Part shown: positions 9,838 to 20,753 of the stretch, piece after piece
How the letters are laid out: each line of letters begins with the position of its first letter
How positions within the stretch are numbered: position 1 is the first letter of the stretch
Source: an uncultured Acidobacteriota bacterium
GTDB taxonomy: Bacteria > Acidobacteriota > UBA6911 > RPQK01 > JAPXNP01
NCBI GenBank assembly: GCA_963777605.1
Contig: CAVZRV010000030.1
Coordinates: forward strand, 1 to 64,000
DNA length: 64,000 nucleotides
Direction: 5' to 3'
Position numbers and translations under genes: made by a program
The notes under the pieces: model-generated
Seen by the model: the letters and a program-made list of their open reading frames with translations, nothing else
What the model was told of the DNA's origin: nothing
The model's database searches: none

Positions 9838-10825
9838 ATGTTGCGACAGATTTCCCGTCTTGTGGTTCTGATGTTCGTTGTCGGTTTCCTGTTCTCAGCG
9901 GTCGTTGGAGGGGACCACTCGAAAAACACGGACTGGATGAAATCGGCCCGATACGGAGTCTTTGTCCACTTTCTCCCGTCTAACGCGAAGACGTTCGCAC
10001 TGGTTGACGATTTCGACGTCAACTTCCTCGCCGACCAGTTGGAGGCTGTCGGGGCTGGCTACCTGGTCATTACTCTCGGACAGAACTCGGGCTACTTCAA
10101 TGCACCCAACAGAGCCTATGACCGGATCACCGGTTACCCTGCCGGAGAGCGCTGCGCGTCGAGGGATCTGCCGATGGACCTGTATAAGGCATTGCGACCC
10201 AAGGGAATCCGCCTGATGCTCTACCTGCCGACCCAGGCGCCCAACGAGGATCCCCTGTCGCAGAAGGCGTTCGGGCTCCCCGTCGGTCCGGAAGATCAAC
10301 CGATCAACATTGAATTCGCGAGTAAATGGGCAGAGGTCATTCGCGATTGGTCGGAGCGTTATGGCTCGCGAGTCTCCGGCTGGTGGTTCGACGGCGGATA
10401 CGACCACGTCGGATTCAACGAAGAGATCGCGCTAATCTACTCGGAAGCAGCAAAAGCCGGGAACCCGAAGGCGATTGTGACCTTCAACCCCGGCGTCAGC
10501 CTGATCCGGCACACCCAGGCGGAAGATTACACGGCAGGTGAACTGAACGAGCCGTTCCAGTACGTGCCCGACTTCCCGTTGGGTCGAGGGATCGCAGTGG
10601 CAGGGTTTGACCTTCATCGGGTCTCACTGGTCGGCCAGGGACTCGCGGTTTCCGGCCGGTCAGTGGGTGGACTGGGTCCGGAAGGTGGTAGCCGGAGGAG
10701 GGGCGGTGACTTTCGACATGGGACCCAACTGGGATTCATCCGCGGGCCCGATCGGTTCGCTCTCGGACGAACAGCTGAAAGTCGTCCGTGCCATCCAGGC
10801 GGCCGTCCGTGGGGCGGGGAATTAG
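9838..10825 (+). CDS. Secreted GH29 alpha-L-fucosidase-like protein (frameshift near 10567)
   Basis: Signal peptide; YGVFVHF, FDV, GAGY and GWWFDG; continues in the frame of ORF 10607..10825. Confidence 0.75.
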
Positions 10826-10920
10826 GTTTGGTTGAGGTCCAAATGAGGGCCTCGATCCGGACTTGAAATCTCGAAGTTGCTTGACAGGGGAGCTGCGCGC
10901 GATTAGAAACGCCTGCAGTG

Positions 10921-12547
10921 ATGTGGGAACAGAATTACGTGCCACTGGGGGGGAGTCTCGGTTGGTCTGCGTTGACCGCCGCGGTGCCCATTTTCGTTCT
11001 GCTCTATCTGCTGGGTATCCGTCGCAGGCCCTCCTGGGTGGCTGCCCTGGCCGGACTGGTTTCTGCTTTTCTGGTGGCCGTTCTGGTTTACCGAATGCCG
11101 ATGGGGACGGCGACGAGCGCGGCAATCTACGGGGCGGCATTCGGGGTCTTTCCGATTGTCTGGATTGTCTTTGCGGCGATCTTTCTCTACCGTCTGACCT
11201 TGGAGACCGGCAGGTTCGAAGTCATCAAGGACAGCCTGGGCAGTCTGACGACCGACCGCCGGTTGCAGGCCCTGCTGGTGGCGTTTGCCTTTGGTGCGTT
11301 TCTGGAAGGTGCTGCCGGGTTTGGAACGCCGGTGGCCGTCGCGGCGGGAATGCTGGCTGGACTGGGGTTCTCGCCGTTTTACGCTGCGGGCATTTGCCTC
11401 CTGGCCAATACGGCTCCGGTGGCGTTCGGATCGATTGGAATTCCCATCGTCACCCTGGCCGGGATCACCGGCCTTCCCATCCAGAGCCTCAGTGCCGGGG
11501 TGGGACGTGTCTGCGCCCCGATCTCGATCTTTATACCCGCCTACCTCGTCATGGTCATGGGCGGCTGGCGCGCCGTGCGGGGGGTACTTCCGGCAGTCGT
11601 GGGTTGTGGCGGAGGTTTTGCCCTCTCCCAGTTCCTGGTCTCCAACTTCATCGGCCCCCAGTTGACCGACATTATCAGCTCCCTGGTGGCGATGGGCATC
11701 ATGGTGCTGCTGCTCAAGAACTGGCAGCCCCGCGATGACTTCGTCCTCGAGGGGAACCACACCGTTCAAGGGAAACCACAGAAACACTCCGGGAGTGAGG
11801 TTTTTCAGGCCTGGTCTCCCTATGTCCTGCTGGTCGTGATGGTCCTGCTCTGGGGTTCGGGTCCGGTGGCCTCTGTCCTGAATCGCGTTTCGATTCCAAT
11901 TGAGTGGCCCGGGCTGCACAACGCGGTGATGCGCATGACACCGGTCGTCGCGGAGCCCTCCCCGTACGCGCGCGGTTTTCAATTTCAATTGGCTTTCAGC
12001 CGCCGGGACGTCCTGTTTTCTGGCTGCTGTGCTGAGTGCGGTCGTGCTGCGGATCTCCCTGCCCGTCTTTGGGAAGGCGCTGGCAGACACGGCCCGGCAG
12101 ATGGCACTGCCCACGATGACGATTTCAGCCGTCCTGGGCCTGGCCTTCCTGATGAACTACTCGGGTGCGACGGCGACCCTGGGTCTGGCCTTTGCCACGA
12201 CCGGGCCGGCTTTCCCGTTCTTCAGCGCCATCCTGGGCTGGCTCGGGGTGTTTCTGACCGGTTCGGATACTTCGGCAAATGCCCTGTTTGGGAATCTCCA
12301 GGTCGTGACAGCACAGCACTTGAACCTGAACGCCGTTTTGATGGCTGCCGGCAATTCGAGCGGTGGCGTCATGGGAAAGATGATCAGCCTGCAGAGTATT
12401 GCGGTGGCGGTCGCCGCCGCCGGATTGGCCAGTTCGGAAGAATCCCGGTTGTTTCGGTTTACCCTGCGCCACAGTGTCATTCTGGCGACGGCAGTCGGGA
12501 TCGTGATCCTTTTCTACTCGTATGTAATGCCGGGGTGGGCGCCGTAG
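10921..12547 (+). CDS. lctP: L-lactate permease (frameshift near 11970)
   Basis: FLEGAAGFGTP, ANTAPVAFG, LTGSDTSANALFG and GKMISLQSIAV motifs. Confidence 0.92.
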
Positions 12548-12550
12548 GTC

Positions 12551-12585
12551 ACGGTTCCTGGTTTCTGGTTTCTGGTTTCTGGTTC
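12551..12585 (+). repeat. Heptamer tandem array (CTGGTTT)n
   Basis: About five degenerate units beginning 4 bp after the lctP stop. Confidence 0.85.
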
Positions 12586-12825
12586 AACGTGATTTGTTTG
12601 GGTGCCAATACAGGGGCGATCCCAGTCCGACGTCGGCGGAATGTATGGCTTGGCCGGTTGAGAACCAGTGCTCCTCGGTTCCGGGTCCCCTCGAGACCTG
12701 GAACCTTGAAGATGGAACGTTGAACCGGGAAGGAAGCCGAACTTCGGAACTTGCAGTTCGGAGACTTCGATCACGAAACAAGCGGGGACGCTCCTCCTAC
12801 TCTGAAACCCGTCTCTGGAGGCAGT

Positions 12826-13242
12826 ATGGCTGGTCTGGTTCGATTGAGTTTCAGCATTGAGGATTCACTTGTTGCCCGGTTAGACCAGTTGATGGGAGAC
12901 GCGGGCTACCGGAACCGTTCCGAATTCATTCGGGATATGATCCGTGACCGGATCGTTGATAGCGAGTGGCGTTCCAACGAGGAGGTTGTCGGTACGGTGA
13001 CCCTGGTTTATGATCACCACGCAAGGGGCGTCACCCAGAAATTGACCGATTTGCAGCACCAGTTTCACGGATCGGTTCTCGCTAACACCCACGTACACCT
13101 CGATCACCACACCTGTGTCGAAGCCATCCTCGTTCGGGGGGAAGCCGAGACGATCCGCAAGGTCGTGGGGCTTCTCCAGCAGCAGAAGGGGGTGCTCAAT
13201 GCTTCGCTTTCGCTGGCGTCGACGGGGAAGAAGCTCAGGTGA
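12826..13242 (+). CDS. nikR: Nickel-responsive regulator NikR
   Basis: RHH N-terminus (RLSFSI...YRNRSEFIRDMIR) and Ni site QH...THVHLDHHTCVE. Confidence 0.96.
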   Translation: MAGLVRLSFSIEDSLVARLDQLMGDAGYRNRSEFIRDMIRDRIVDSEWRSNEEVVGTVTLVYDHHARGVTQKLTDLQHQFHGSVLANTHVHLDHHTCVEAILVRGEAETIRKVVGLLQQQKGVLNASLSLASTGKKLR

Positions 13243-13335
13243 ATGTAGTCCAGGCTTCCTGCCTGTTGTGTCACCCGGGTTGCCAGCCCGGCGGTAACCG
13301 GGGAATGGGTGCGTGAGCGGTTTGGATCCCGCCCT

Positions 13336-13433
13336 CCAGGCAGGGCTGCCTGGGGGGACCCTCCAGGCAAGATGCCTGGACTACCCTTCAGGCAAGATGC
13401 CTGGACTACCCTTCAGCAAGATGCCTGGAGTAC
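13336..13433. repeat. REP-like palindrome cluster (CAGGCAAGATGCCTGG, 25-bp tandem units)
   Basis: Three near-identical tandem copies plus a degenerate one; related copies near 13250 and 18260-18304. Confidence 0.8.
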
Positions 13434-13522
13434 TTCTGTTGATCTTTTCGTGAATTCTCTCGCTTTCTAAAATTCAACATTTGTGTGTTGCTTCGGTGGT
13501 GAGGGCTTGCTATGCTTGCCCG

Positions 13523-13549
13523 GTATTACTAATGATCCAGTAGTAATAT
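13523..13549. promoter_or_regulatory. Putative NikR operator GTATTAC-N13-GTAATAT
   Basis: Perfect inverted repeat TATTACTA-N9-TAGTAATA in AT-rich DNA between nikR and the uptake operon. Confidence 0.8.
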
Positions 13550-13586
13550 TTAAACTCGAACTGGGTCCGGGGACGGAGTGGCGATT

Positions 13587-15557
13587 TTGAGAAGCCGGAG
13601 TTTCACTTTCATCCTGGGAATGCTGTTGCTGATGGTTCCGGTGGGGGCGCAGTCGGAGGCGGGGGAGCGGACCAAATCCGAGAAGGACCAGGGGCAGGGA
13701 GAGCGCGTGAGCCTCCTCACTTCCAGGTGAAAGTCGTGGCATCGCCGGTCCGGGAAGGGAATTCGACCGATCGCTACGGGTCGCTGATCACTTCGGTCTC
13801 CGACGCCCAGGTTGCCGATTTGAACGCCCTGGATCTTGCATTCCGCGCTTCGCCGGCTTCCTGGAGTCTCAATTTCGCGGTACGACCTGGTGGGCGCCTA
13901 CGGTGGGGCAGACGGTGGGGCGGTTTACATTCGCGGACAGGGTTCCGGTCGTCCGGGAGCCGAAATTTCCACGATGGTGGATGGCATTCCCCGCTTTGTC
14001 GGAGTCTGGACTCATCCGGTGCTGGACACGTTGAGTATCGACCAGATCGAGCGGATCGATATCTACAAGAGTCCTCAGCCGGTGCTGCTCGGGAACATGG
14101 CGTTCGCGGCGATCAACCTGGTTCCCCGGGTTCACCGCAGCGAGGGATTCTCCGGAACCTACTCCGGCGCTTACGGCCAATTCGACACCTGGTTGCAGCG
14201 CATCCAGGTTGGAGGAAAACAGTCCCGCTTTGATTTCGACCTCAACGGGAGCTATCGGCGCAGCGACGGACATCGCGAAAACTCGGCCGGGCAGGCTTGG
14301 TCGGTGGACGGGACGGTCGGGGTACAGTTGACGGATACCTGGCGTCTTTCCGCCTACCTGAGCCACACTGACGGCTGGGCCGACGACCCTGGCAACATCA
14401 ATGCGGTGGCGGACCCGTCCCGGGTCGTTCCCCGGTTCAACTCCAGCGACGACTTCTATGTCGTCGATCTTTCCCACGATTCGGGACGCTGGTCGGGTTC
14501 GCTCAAGTTCTATGCCGAGAATGGCCTCCTCGACTGGAAGCAGTGGGATTCGGGTGCAACGGAATCGTTCCGGACGGTGACCGACTACGACAACTACGGA
14601 TTGCGCTTCCGCGAACGCTTTCGGCCCTGGGATGACGGTGAAATCCTGTTTGGATTTGACCAGGATAGCTACGGGGGAACGTCGGTTGAACTCTGGCAAA
14701 CGGGAACCCAGAATCCTTCCGATCTTCGCTTCCGCAACAGTGCTCCCTACCTCATGATCAGCCAGGGTGTGAATTTGGGAGCGTGGAAGCTGACTCCCTC
14801 CGCCGGGGTGAGGCTCAACGCTTCACGGTTCTTCGGAGAAGAGTGGGCTCCCCAGGCCGGATTGACCCTGGATCGCGGAAAGACCCGCTTTTACGCCAAT
14901 CACGCGCGTGCTTTCAACCTGCCGGGCGTCTATGCCGCCGCTCTCTATTCCGGTTGGGGCAGGGGGGACGAGTGGCAGTCCCTCAGGCCCGAACGTATGA
15001 ACCACGTCGAAGGGGGAGTCATTCACTCCCTGACGGCGCGGGCCCAGATCTCCTGGTCGGTTTACCATGACCGGGTGGAAGACGCCCTCCGTTTTGTGCC
15101 TCCACCTCCCCCTCCGCCCCAGTTTGCCAATATTGGGACTTACCGGATCACCGGTACCGAACTGAACCTCGACTGTTTTCTCCGAGAAAACCTGGCGGTT
15201 TTCACTGGAATGAATTACCAGTCGGCCTCCCCGGCGACGGTACCCAACGCTCCCCGCTGGATGTGGGTTAGCGGATTGAGCTACCTGCTTGGTTCCGGGC
15301 TGCGTTTCAATGGGGACGCCGAGTGGGTGGACCGGCAGTTCGTCCTCAACCCCCGCTATGCCAACAGCCAAGTTCCTATCGATCCCTATTTCCTCCTGAA
15401 TGGGCGGATCGGTTACCGGGCGGCCCGCAGGGTCGAGCTGTTTCTTGCGGCGGAAAACCTGACCAACGAGCGTTATGAGTTCAGACCCGGCTATCCGATG
15501 GCGGGGAGGATCTGGATGGTCGGCTTGAACCTGGGTTTTGCCACCAATGGGAATTGA
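13587..15557 (+). CDS. TonB-dependent receptor (frameshifts near 13722 and 13840)
   Basis: Signal peptide; plug motifs ALRRLPGV, IRG, VDGIP, IERIDIYK, AINLV; C-terminal ENLTNERY...GR...LGF. Confidence 0.9.
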
Positions 15558-15565
15558 GCTGAACA

Positions 15566-16111
15566 ATGGGGAACTGGAAGCACTTCGAGTCGAAGGATTG
15601 GGCTTACTGCGGGGTTTTCGGCGCGGCCGCCATGCTCCTGCCGACGCTTTTCCACCTCCTCCACCTGGGGAGCATCTTTCTTCCCATGTATGTTCCCCTT
15701 TTCGCCCTCGCCTTCGTGGCCCGTCCCTATCCCTGCGGTCTGACAGCAGCACTGGTCCCTTTGCTGTCGAGCCTGCTGACCGGGATGCCTCCGCTCTATC
15801 CACCGACCGCCCCGATCATGGCAGCCGAGCTGGGAGTCGCAACCGCTGTCGCATCGCTGGCAGCGTCCCGATTTCCACGTCTGCCGCCGGTTCTCTATCT
15901 GCTGCCAATTCTGCTCTCGGGCAGGGCGTTCAATGCGGTGCTTCACTACGCGGCTGCCCGAGTGATGGACCTCCCGGCCGGATTCCTGGCCGGGTTCTCG
16001 TTCTTTTCGGCCTGGCCCGGCCTGGTTCTGATTCTGCTGGTTGTACCGGGGTTCGCCCGGGCCTCGAAAGGCTATCGTCCGGTATGTCCGGTCGAGGCGG
16101 AAAGGAGTTGA
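15566..16111 (+). CDS. ECF transporter S component
   Basis: Hydrophobic 181 aa; GSIFLPM, P.LS.LLTGMP and MAAEL motifs. Confidence 0.8.
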   Translation: MGNWKHFESKDWAYCGVFGAAAMLLPTLFHLLHLGSIFLPMYVPLFALAFVARPYPCGLTAALVPLLSSLLTGMPPLYPPTAPIMAAELGVATAVASLAASRFPRLPPVLYLLPILLSGRAFNAVLHYAAARVMDLPAGFLAGFSFFSAWPGLVLILLVVPGFARASKGYRPVCPVEAERS

Positions 16112-16117
16112 GCCCGG

Positions 16118-16729
16118 TTGGATCCAAAGCGGTCGTTCTTTGATGAGATGGCAACGGTCTGGGATTTTCGCGCCGATGCCGAGCGCCTGCTGCGGCAGCT
16201 GGCCGACGAATTACCCCGGTTCGAGGTCCGGACAGGCGAATCCGTGCTCGACGTGGGATGCGGAACGGGTAATTTGACGGGGAAGCTGGTCGAGTTGGTG
16301 AGTTCCAGGGGACGGGTGACCGCGGTGGATCTCTCGATCGGGATGATCCGGAGGGCTCGCGAGAAACATCGCGACTGCGAGATCAGTTGGGTGGAGTGCG
16401 ACGGGACGTGCACTCCCTTTCGATGTGGATCCTTCGACCGAATCTTCTGTTATTCGGCCTGGCCCCATTTTCCGGATCCCCGGGCCGTCGCCGGTGAAAT
16501 GTTTCGCTTGCTGCGGAAGGGTGGGCGCTTCCACATCTGGCATTCGATTCCCCGTGACAAGGTGAACGAGATTCACCGATCCGCGGGGCGGGCTGTGAGC
16601 GGTGACCACCTGGAGCCGGCGGAGGACGTTGCCCTTCTCCTGGAAGCGAACGGGTTTCGGATTGAGGAAAGCAGAGACGACGAGAGCGGGTTTCTCGTCT
16701 CCTCAGTCAAGGCAGAGTTAAACTCATGA
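16118..16729 (+). CDS. Class I SAM-dependent methyltransferase
   Basis: FFDEMA, VLDVGCGTG, AVDLS..M, PHF and LRKGG motifs. Confidence 0.9.
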   Translation: MDPKRSFFDEMATVWDFRADAERLLRQLADELPRFEVRTGESVLDVGCGTGNLTGKLVELVSSRGRVTAVDLSIGMIRRAREKHRDCEISWVECDGTCTPFRCGSFDRIFCYSAWPHFPDPRAVAGEMFRLLRKGGRFHIWHSIPRDKVNEIHRSAGRAVSGDHLEPAEDVALLLEANGFRIEESRDDESGFLVSSVKAELNS

Positions 16730-17481
16730 GAGGCGGTCGAATCGGGCTCTGGGACGCCAGCCCCGGCCTTGGCAGCCTGTTGCCTTCAAGCCGGCTGCTT
16801 ATGGGAGGCTTCCTCCTGGTTGGACTCCTGCTGGTCACTCCGTCCTCACCCTTTGCCGTGGCCTGGATGATCGGGACGATTTTGGCTTGGCTGTTGCTCC
16901 TTCGCTGCCCGATCCGGCTCGCATTGGGAATCGCCGCCTGGAGCGTGATCGTCGGAAGCCCTCTCTTCGTGGTCGCTGCCGTGATCGACAAATCGGCAAA
17001 CGAGCTCAGTCTCGGTGCGGTAACTGCCGGAATCGTTCAGTCACTGGGAATTCTCCTGAAGAGTTGTGCGGTGACGACCGCTGGACTGACGACGCTGTCC
17101 ACGCTCAATCCTGTCCAGTTCCAGACCGGGATGGGACGGCTACACGTCCCGGCCACCGTCTCTGGATTGATTACGCAGATTCTGGTTCAGACGGGACACC
17201 TGTTTGAAGAAACCGGGAACCTGGCCCGGGCGATCCGATTGCGATTGCCGGGCTCCCGTTACCGGACGGCCTGGCTGATTGTCCGTGGAATGCTGACGAT
17301 GTGGCTGCCGCGAGTCCTGGCTCGGGCCGAGCGGGTGGCGTCGGCAATGATACTGCGCGGTTTCGACGGCAGGCTGTGGATCGAAGATGCCCGACCCCTG
17401 GGGCGAATCGACTGGTTCGCCCTCGCGATCGCGCTCCTCTGGCTCGGAGGCTCCGTCATGCTCTTTGAGGTGATCCCGTGA
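16726..17481 (+). CDS. ECF transmembrane T component (CbiQ/NikQ-like)
   Basis: Hydrophobic; AIRLR and RAERVASAMILRGF motifs. Confidence 0.85.
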   Translation: MRGGRIGLWDASPGLGSLLPSSRLLMGGFLLVGLLLVTPSSPFAVAWMIGTILAWLLLLRCPIRLALGIAAWSVIVGSPLFVVAAVIDKSANELSLGAVTAGIVQSLGILLKSCAVTTAGLTTLSTLNPVQFQTGMGRLHVPATVSGLITQILVQTGHLFEETGNLARAIRLRLPGSRYRTAWLIVRGMLTMWLPRVLARAERVASAMILRGFDGRLWIEDARPLGRIDWFALAIALLWLGGSVMLFEVIP

Positions 17482-18233
17482 AGGATCTGTCTCTGGTATT
17501 CGACGGAGTAACAGTCACCTATCCCGGAACCGGGTACCCGACCCTCGATCAGTGCAGTTTTGAAGTGGGAGTTTCCGAGCGGGTGGCGCTGTTGGGGCTG
17601 AATGGATCGGGGAAAACCACTCTCCTGTTGGCAGCCGTGGGCCTGGTTCCAAGTTCGGGGAGAATTGCGGTTTGTGGACGAACGGTCGGATCCGGGAGCC
17701 TGGTCGAGGCAAGACAGGATGTCGGCTTTCTGTTTGCGATTCCCGAAGACCAACTGTTGCTGCCCAAGGTGGTGGACGATGTTGCGCTGGGGCTGGTCCA
17801 CACAGGCCAGGGACGGGATGCGGCCAGAAGGCAGGCCCTTGAGGTTCTGCGGGAGCTGGGCATTGCAGAACTTGCCGAGAAGGCGCCGGACCGCCTCTCC
17901 CACGGCCAGAGACTGCTGACCGCGCTTGCCGGAGTCCTTGCCGTTCGGCCGCCGCTGCTGCTGCTCGATGAACCGACCAGCCGGTTGGATCCCCCGTCCC
18001 GTTTCCGACTTGCGGAGGTTTTGTCGAGCCGGGAGGAGTCGCTGCTGGTGGCAACCCACGACCTGGAATTCGCCGCCCGCCTTTGCCATCGCTACATCCT
18101 GCTCGAGCGGGGGAAGGTGGCAGAAACCGGGACTGATTTCGGCGCAGTCATAAAGCGATGGGCAACGGTAAATGGGAATTCACTTCACCGCGGACCCGGC
18201 CCCGGCAGCGTGCGGGGATCATTCAGAGAGTGA
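17478..18233 (+). CDS. ECF/ABC ATPase (CbiO/NikO-like)
   Basis: GLNGSGKTT, LSHGQ, LLLDEP and ATHD motifs. Confidence 0.92.
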   Translation: MKDLSLVFDGVTVTYPGTGYPTLDQCSFEVGVSERVALLGLNGSGKTTLLLAAVGLVPSSGRIAVCGRTVGSGSLVEARQDVGFLFAIPEDQLLLPKVVDDVALGLVHTGQGRDAARRQALEVLRELGIAELAEKAPDRLSHGQRLLTALAGVLAVRPPLLLLDEPTSRLDPPSRFRLAEVLSSREESLLVATHDLEFAARLCHRYILLERGKVAETGTDFGAVIKRWATVNGNSLHRGPGPGSVRGSFRE

Positions 18234-18334
18234 AACTGAGTTCGAAACGGCAATCCCCGGGCAAGCTGCCCGGGCACCATACCAGGCACGGCTGCCTGGA
18301 GTACGCTGCCCCCGTCCACGGATGAAGTTTCAGG

Positions 18335-19387
18335 TTAGACCCGATTGATTTCGTCGATCAGTTGGCGGAGCCGTCCGAAGTTGTGGCGATTGAAGCGCAG
18401 TGACAGGCGCGGAAGGGCCTGAAGTTCGGGATCGTGCGATTCCTCGGGATGTGATCCGGTGCTTTCAATGCGGCCTTCAACCACGATGTCTCCGAATTGT
18501 TCGTTCAATGTCTCGAGGGCGCCTGCGGGAACCGGAGACGTCATGCGAATCAAGAGCAGCTTCTGACCTTCGACGTAGCGAAGTGAGTGGTATCGGCGAT
18601 AGAAACGGTGGATGATCTCGACGGTCTCGGCGGGGCTGTGGGCAATTTCCAAGAGGGACATGTCTTCAGGCGAGATGTATCCACCGCCGAGAAGACTGCT
18701 TTTTACGAACGCCGTCATTCCTTCCCAGTAGCTTCCCTGTGCCGACTCGAGCAGAATGACCGGTTTCGGTTCGGCCCGCCCGGTCTGCAGGAGGGTGAGT
18801 GTCTCGAATCCTTCGTCCAGAGTCCCAAACCCACCGGGCATCAGCACGATGGCATCCGACTCCTTCACGAAGAAGAGCTTGCGGGTGAAGAAGTACCGGA
18901 AGTTGATCAGTTTGGGGTCCCCTTGAATGGTGGAGTTGGCATGCTGTTCGAAGGGAAGCTGGATGTTGAGCCCGATACTCTGCTCCCGGCCTGCCCCCAA
19001 ATGAGCGGCTCCCATAATTCCATCGCCGGCTCCAGTGATCACCATGAATCCGCTGCCGGCCAGGCGGTTACCGAGTTGACGGGCGATCTCATAGTCAGGT
19101 TGTCCCGGTCGGGTCCGAGCCGACCCGAAGACGCTGACCTTCCGGCAGCCCTGGTGTTGGGCGAAGACACGGAACGCGTGGCGCATCTCCTTAATCGCGG
19201 TGCGCAAGATCTTCAGATCTCCACGGGAGGCTCTGTCCTGAGCCAGCTTTAAACCGGTTACCAGCACTTCGCGGATCAGGTCACGTTCCGACCCACCCGC
19301 GAGTCCGTCCAACAGTCCATTAATCTTGCCCGACAATCGGGGATCGAATACGTCATAGGGTGCTTTTTCTTTAGCTTTATTGTTCAT
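18335..19387 (-). CDS. LOG family nucleotide 5'-monophosphate phosphoribohydrolase
   Basis: VSVFGSAR, ITGAG.GIM, FFTRK and PGGFGTLDE motifs. Confidence 0.93.
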   Translation of the reverse strand: MNNKAKEKAPYDVFDPRLSGKINGLLDGLAGGSERDLIREVLVTGLKLAQDRASRGDLKILRTAIKEMRHAFRVFAQHQGCRKVSVFGSARTRPGQPDYEIARQLGNRLAGSGFMVITGAGDGIMGAAHLGAGREQSIGLNIQLPFEQHANSTIQGDPKLINFRYFFTRKLFFVKESDAIVLMPGGFGTLDEGFETLTLLQTGRAEPKPVILLESAQGSYWEGMTAFVKSSLLGGGYISPEDMSLLEIAHSPAETVEIIHRFYRRYHSLRYVEGQKLLLIRMTSPVPAGALETLNEQFGDIVVEGRIESTGSHPEESHDPELQALPRLSLRFNRHNFGRLRQLIDEINRV

Positions 19388-19686
19388 TTGCTTCCTACCA
19401 GTATAGAAGAGGGCGCGGTCTGCCGGCCGGTTTGCGCCGGGAATGGAGGTGTGGTTGGTGTGTCAGTTTTGCGAAAGGTATGCCTCCTTGGAGGGCCGGA
19501 CTGAAGTTTATCCCAGGGTCGCGCTTTGCCCGAGCCCGAGCTGAGAACAATCGGCCCTTCCCACTCCATTTGGTGCTGGAATCGGTGCGGTGGCCGGTCT
19601 ACCATAGTTTGAAGCTGGAGAAAGCCGGAGATGTAGTCATTTCGCGTCGGCGCGATCGCCGGCGTTCGGAGCCGTTGGAGGCGAAT

Positions 19687-20496
19687 ATGTCGGATCAGAG
19701 CAATTGGGAGAACCCGGTCAAGAAGCTCCTTCGTGCGGGATGCCCGGTAATCGGGGGGACAATCACCGTGGCCTCGGTTGAGACCGCCTCCCAGATGGCG
19801 AACATGGGGTTCGATTTCCTCTGGATTGAGATGGAGCACAGCCCCATCACGCTCGAGACGGCCCGAGACATCATCCTCGCGACTCGTGGCCTTAAAGCGG
19901 TCCCGGTGATTCGCGTTCCGGTCAACGAACTCTGGACCGCGAAGCGGGCACTGGATGTCGGGGCGATGGGGGTGATCTTCCCGTTTACTTCAAATGGGGA
20001 ACTGGCCCGGCAGGCGGTGGCCGCGTGCAAGTACGCTCCGGACGGCCGCCGCGGTTCGGGTCCGGGGTTGGCCAGTGTCCGCTGGCCTGCAACGGGTGAG
20101 GGATATCACAAGTTCTCCGATCGCAATGTCCTGGTTATTCTGATGGTCGAAGATCGTGAAGCCGTCCTGAATATTGAGGAGATCGCCTCCGTGCCGGGAA
20201 TCGACGCGCTCTACATCGGGACGAGCGATTTGTCCTATTCCCTGGGCTATGGAGGACAACTGAATCACCCTGTGGTGCAGGAAGCGGTCGACAAAATCGT
20301 GGTGACGGCGCAGCGAAATCGAGTCCCGGTAGGACGCCCGGCGGCATCTCCGGAGGAGGTTCAGACCTATCTGAAGCAGGGCTTCACCGTCTTTCAGAGC
20401 CCTTCCGATGCCGTCATGATGCGATCGGCGGCACAGCGTTATCTGGAGCCGCTGGGGAAGGCCGGCTTCGATCCTGGTAAACAGCCACTCTACTGA
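19687..20496 (+). CDS. HpcH/HpaI class II aldolase
   Basis: GFDFLWIEMEH, ALDVGA.GV, MVE and IGTSDLS motifs. Confidence 0.9.
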   Translation: MSDQSNWENPVKKLLRAGCPVIGGTITVASVETASQMANMGFDFLWIEMEHSPITLETARDIILATRGLKAVPVIRVPVNELWTAKRALDVGAMGVIFPFTSNGELARQAVAACKYAPDGRRGSGPGLASVRWPATGEGYHKFSDRNVLVILMVEDREAVLNIEEIASVPGIDALYIGTSDLSYSLGYGGQLNHPVVQEAVDKIVVTAQRNRVPVGRPAASPEEVQTYLKQGFTVFQSPSDAVMMRSAAQRYLEPLGKAGFDPGKQPLY

Positions 20497-20701
20497 CCGA
20501 TTCCCTGGACAGGTTGAAGAGTCCACGTTGAAACCCGATACTTCGGGCGTCTAGGAGTCTCGTTTCGAGGAGCCGGCGTTGAACCTCGACTTTGCCTTCG
20601 ACCGGGGCGGTTTACTGCGTCGGCGCCTTCAGCGTCGGGTGCTGGATTGAAAGGACTTCTCTGATTTCAGGACCTCCGTGACAATTCCGCCAGACCCAAA
20701 C

Positions 20702-20753
20702 CTGCGTAGTTATCACGGATATAGAGTCCTCAGAATCCGATTTCAATGCGGAT
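20702..20753. promoter_or_regulatory. Pair of (A)TSCG-N9-CGGAT sites, 33 bp apart, upstream of the cytochrome operon
   Basis: CTGCGTAGTTATCACGGAT (20702-20720) and ATCCGATTTCAATGCGGAT (20735-20753). Confidence 0.7.

Noticed and set aside
13363-13433. Tandem 25-bp palindromic repeats as a CRISPR array
   Set aside because: The units abut with no unique spacers and there are no cas genes; they fit REP-like elements better.
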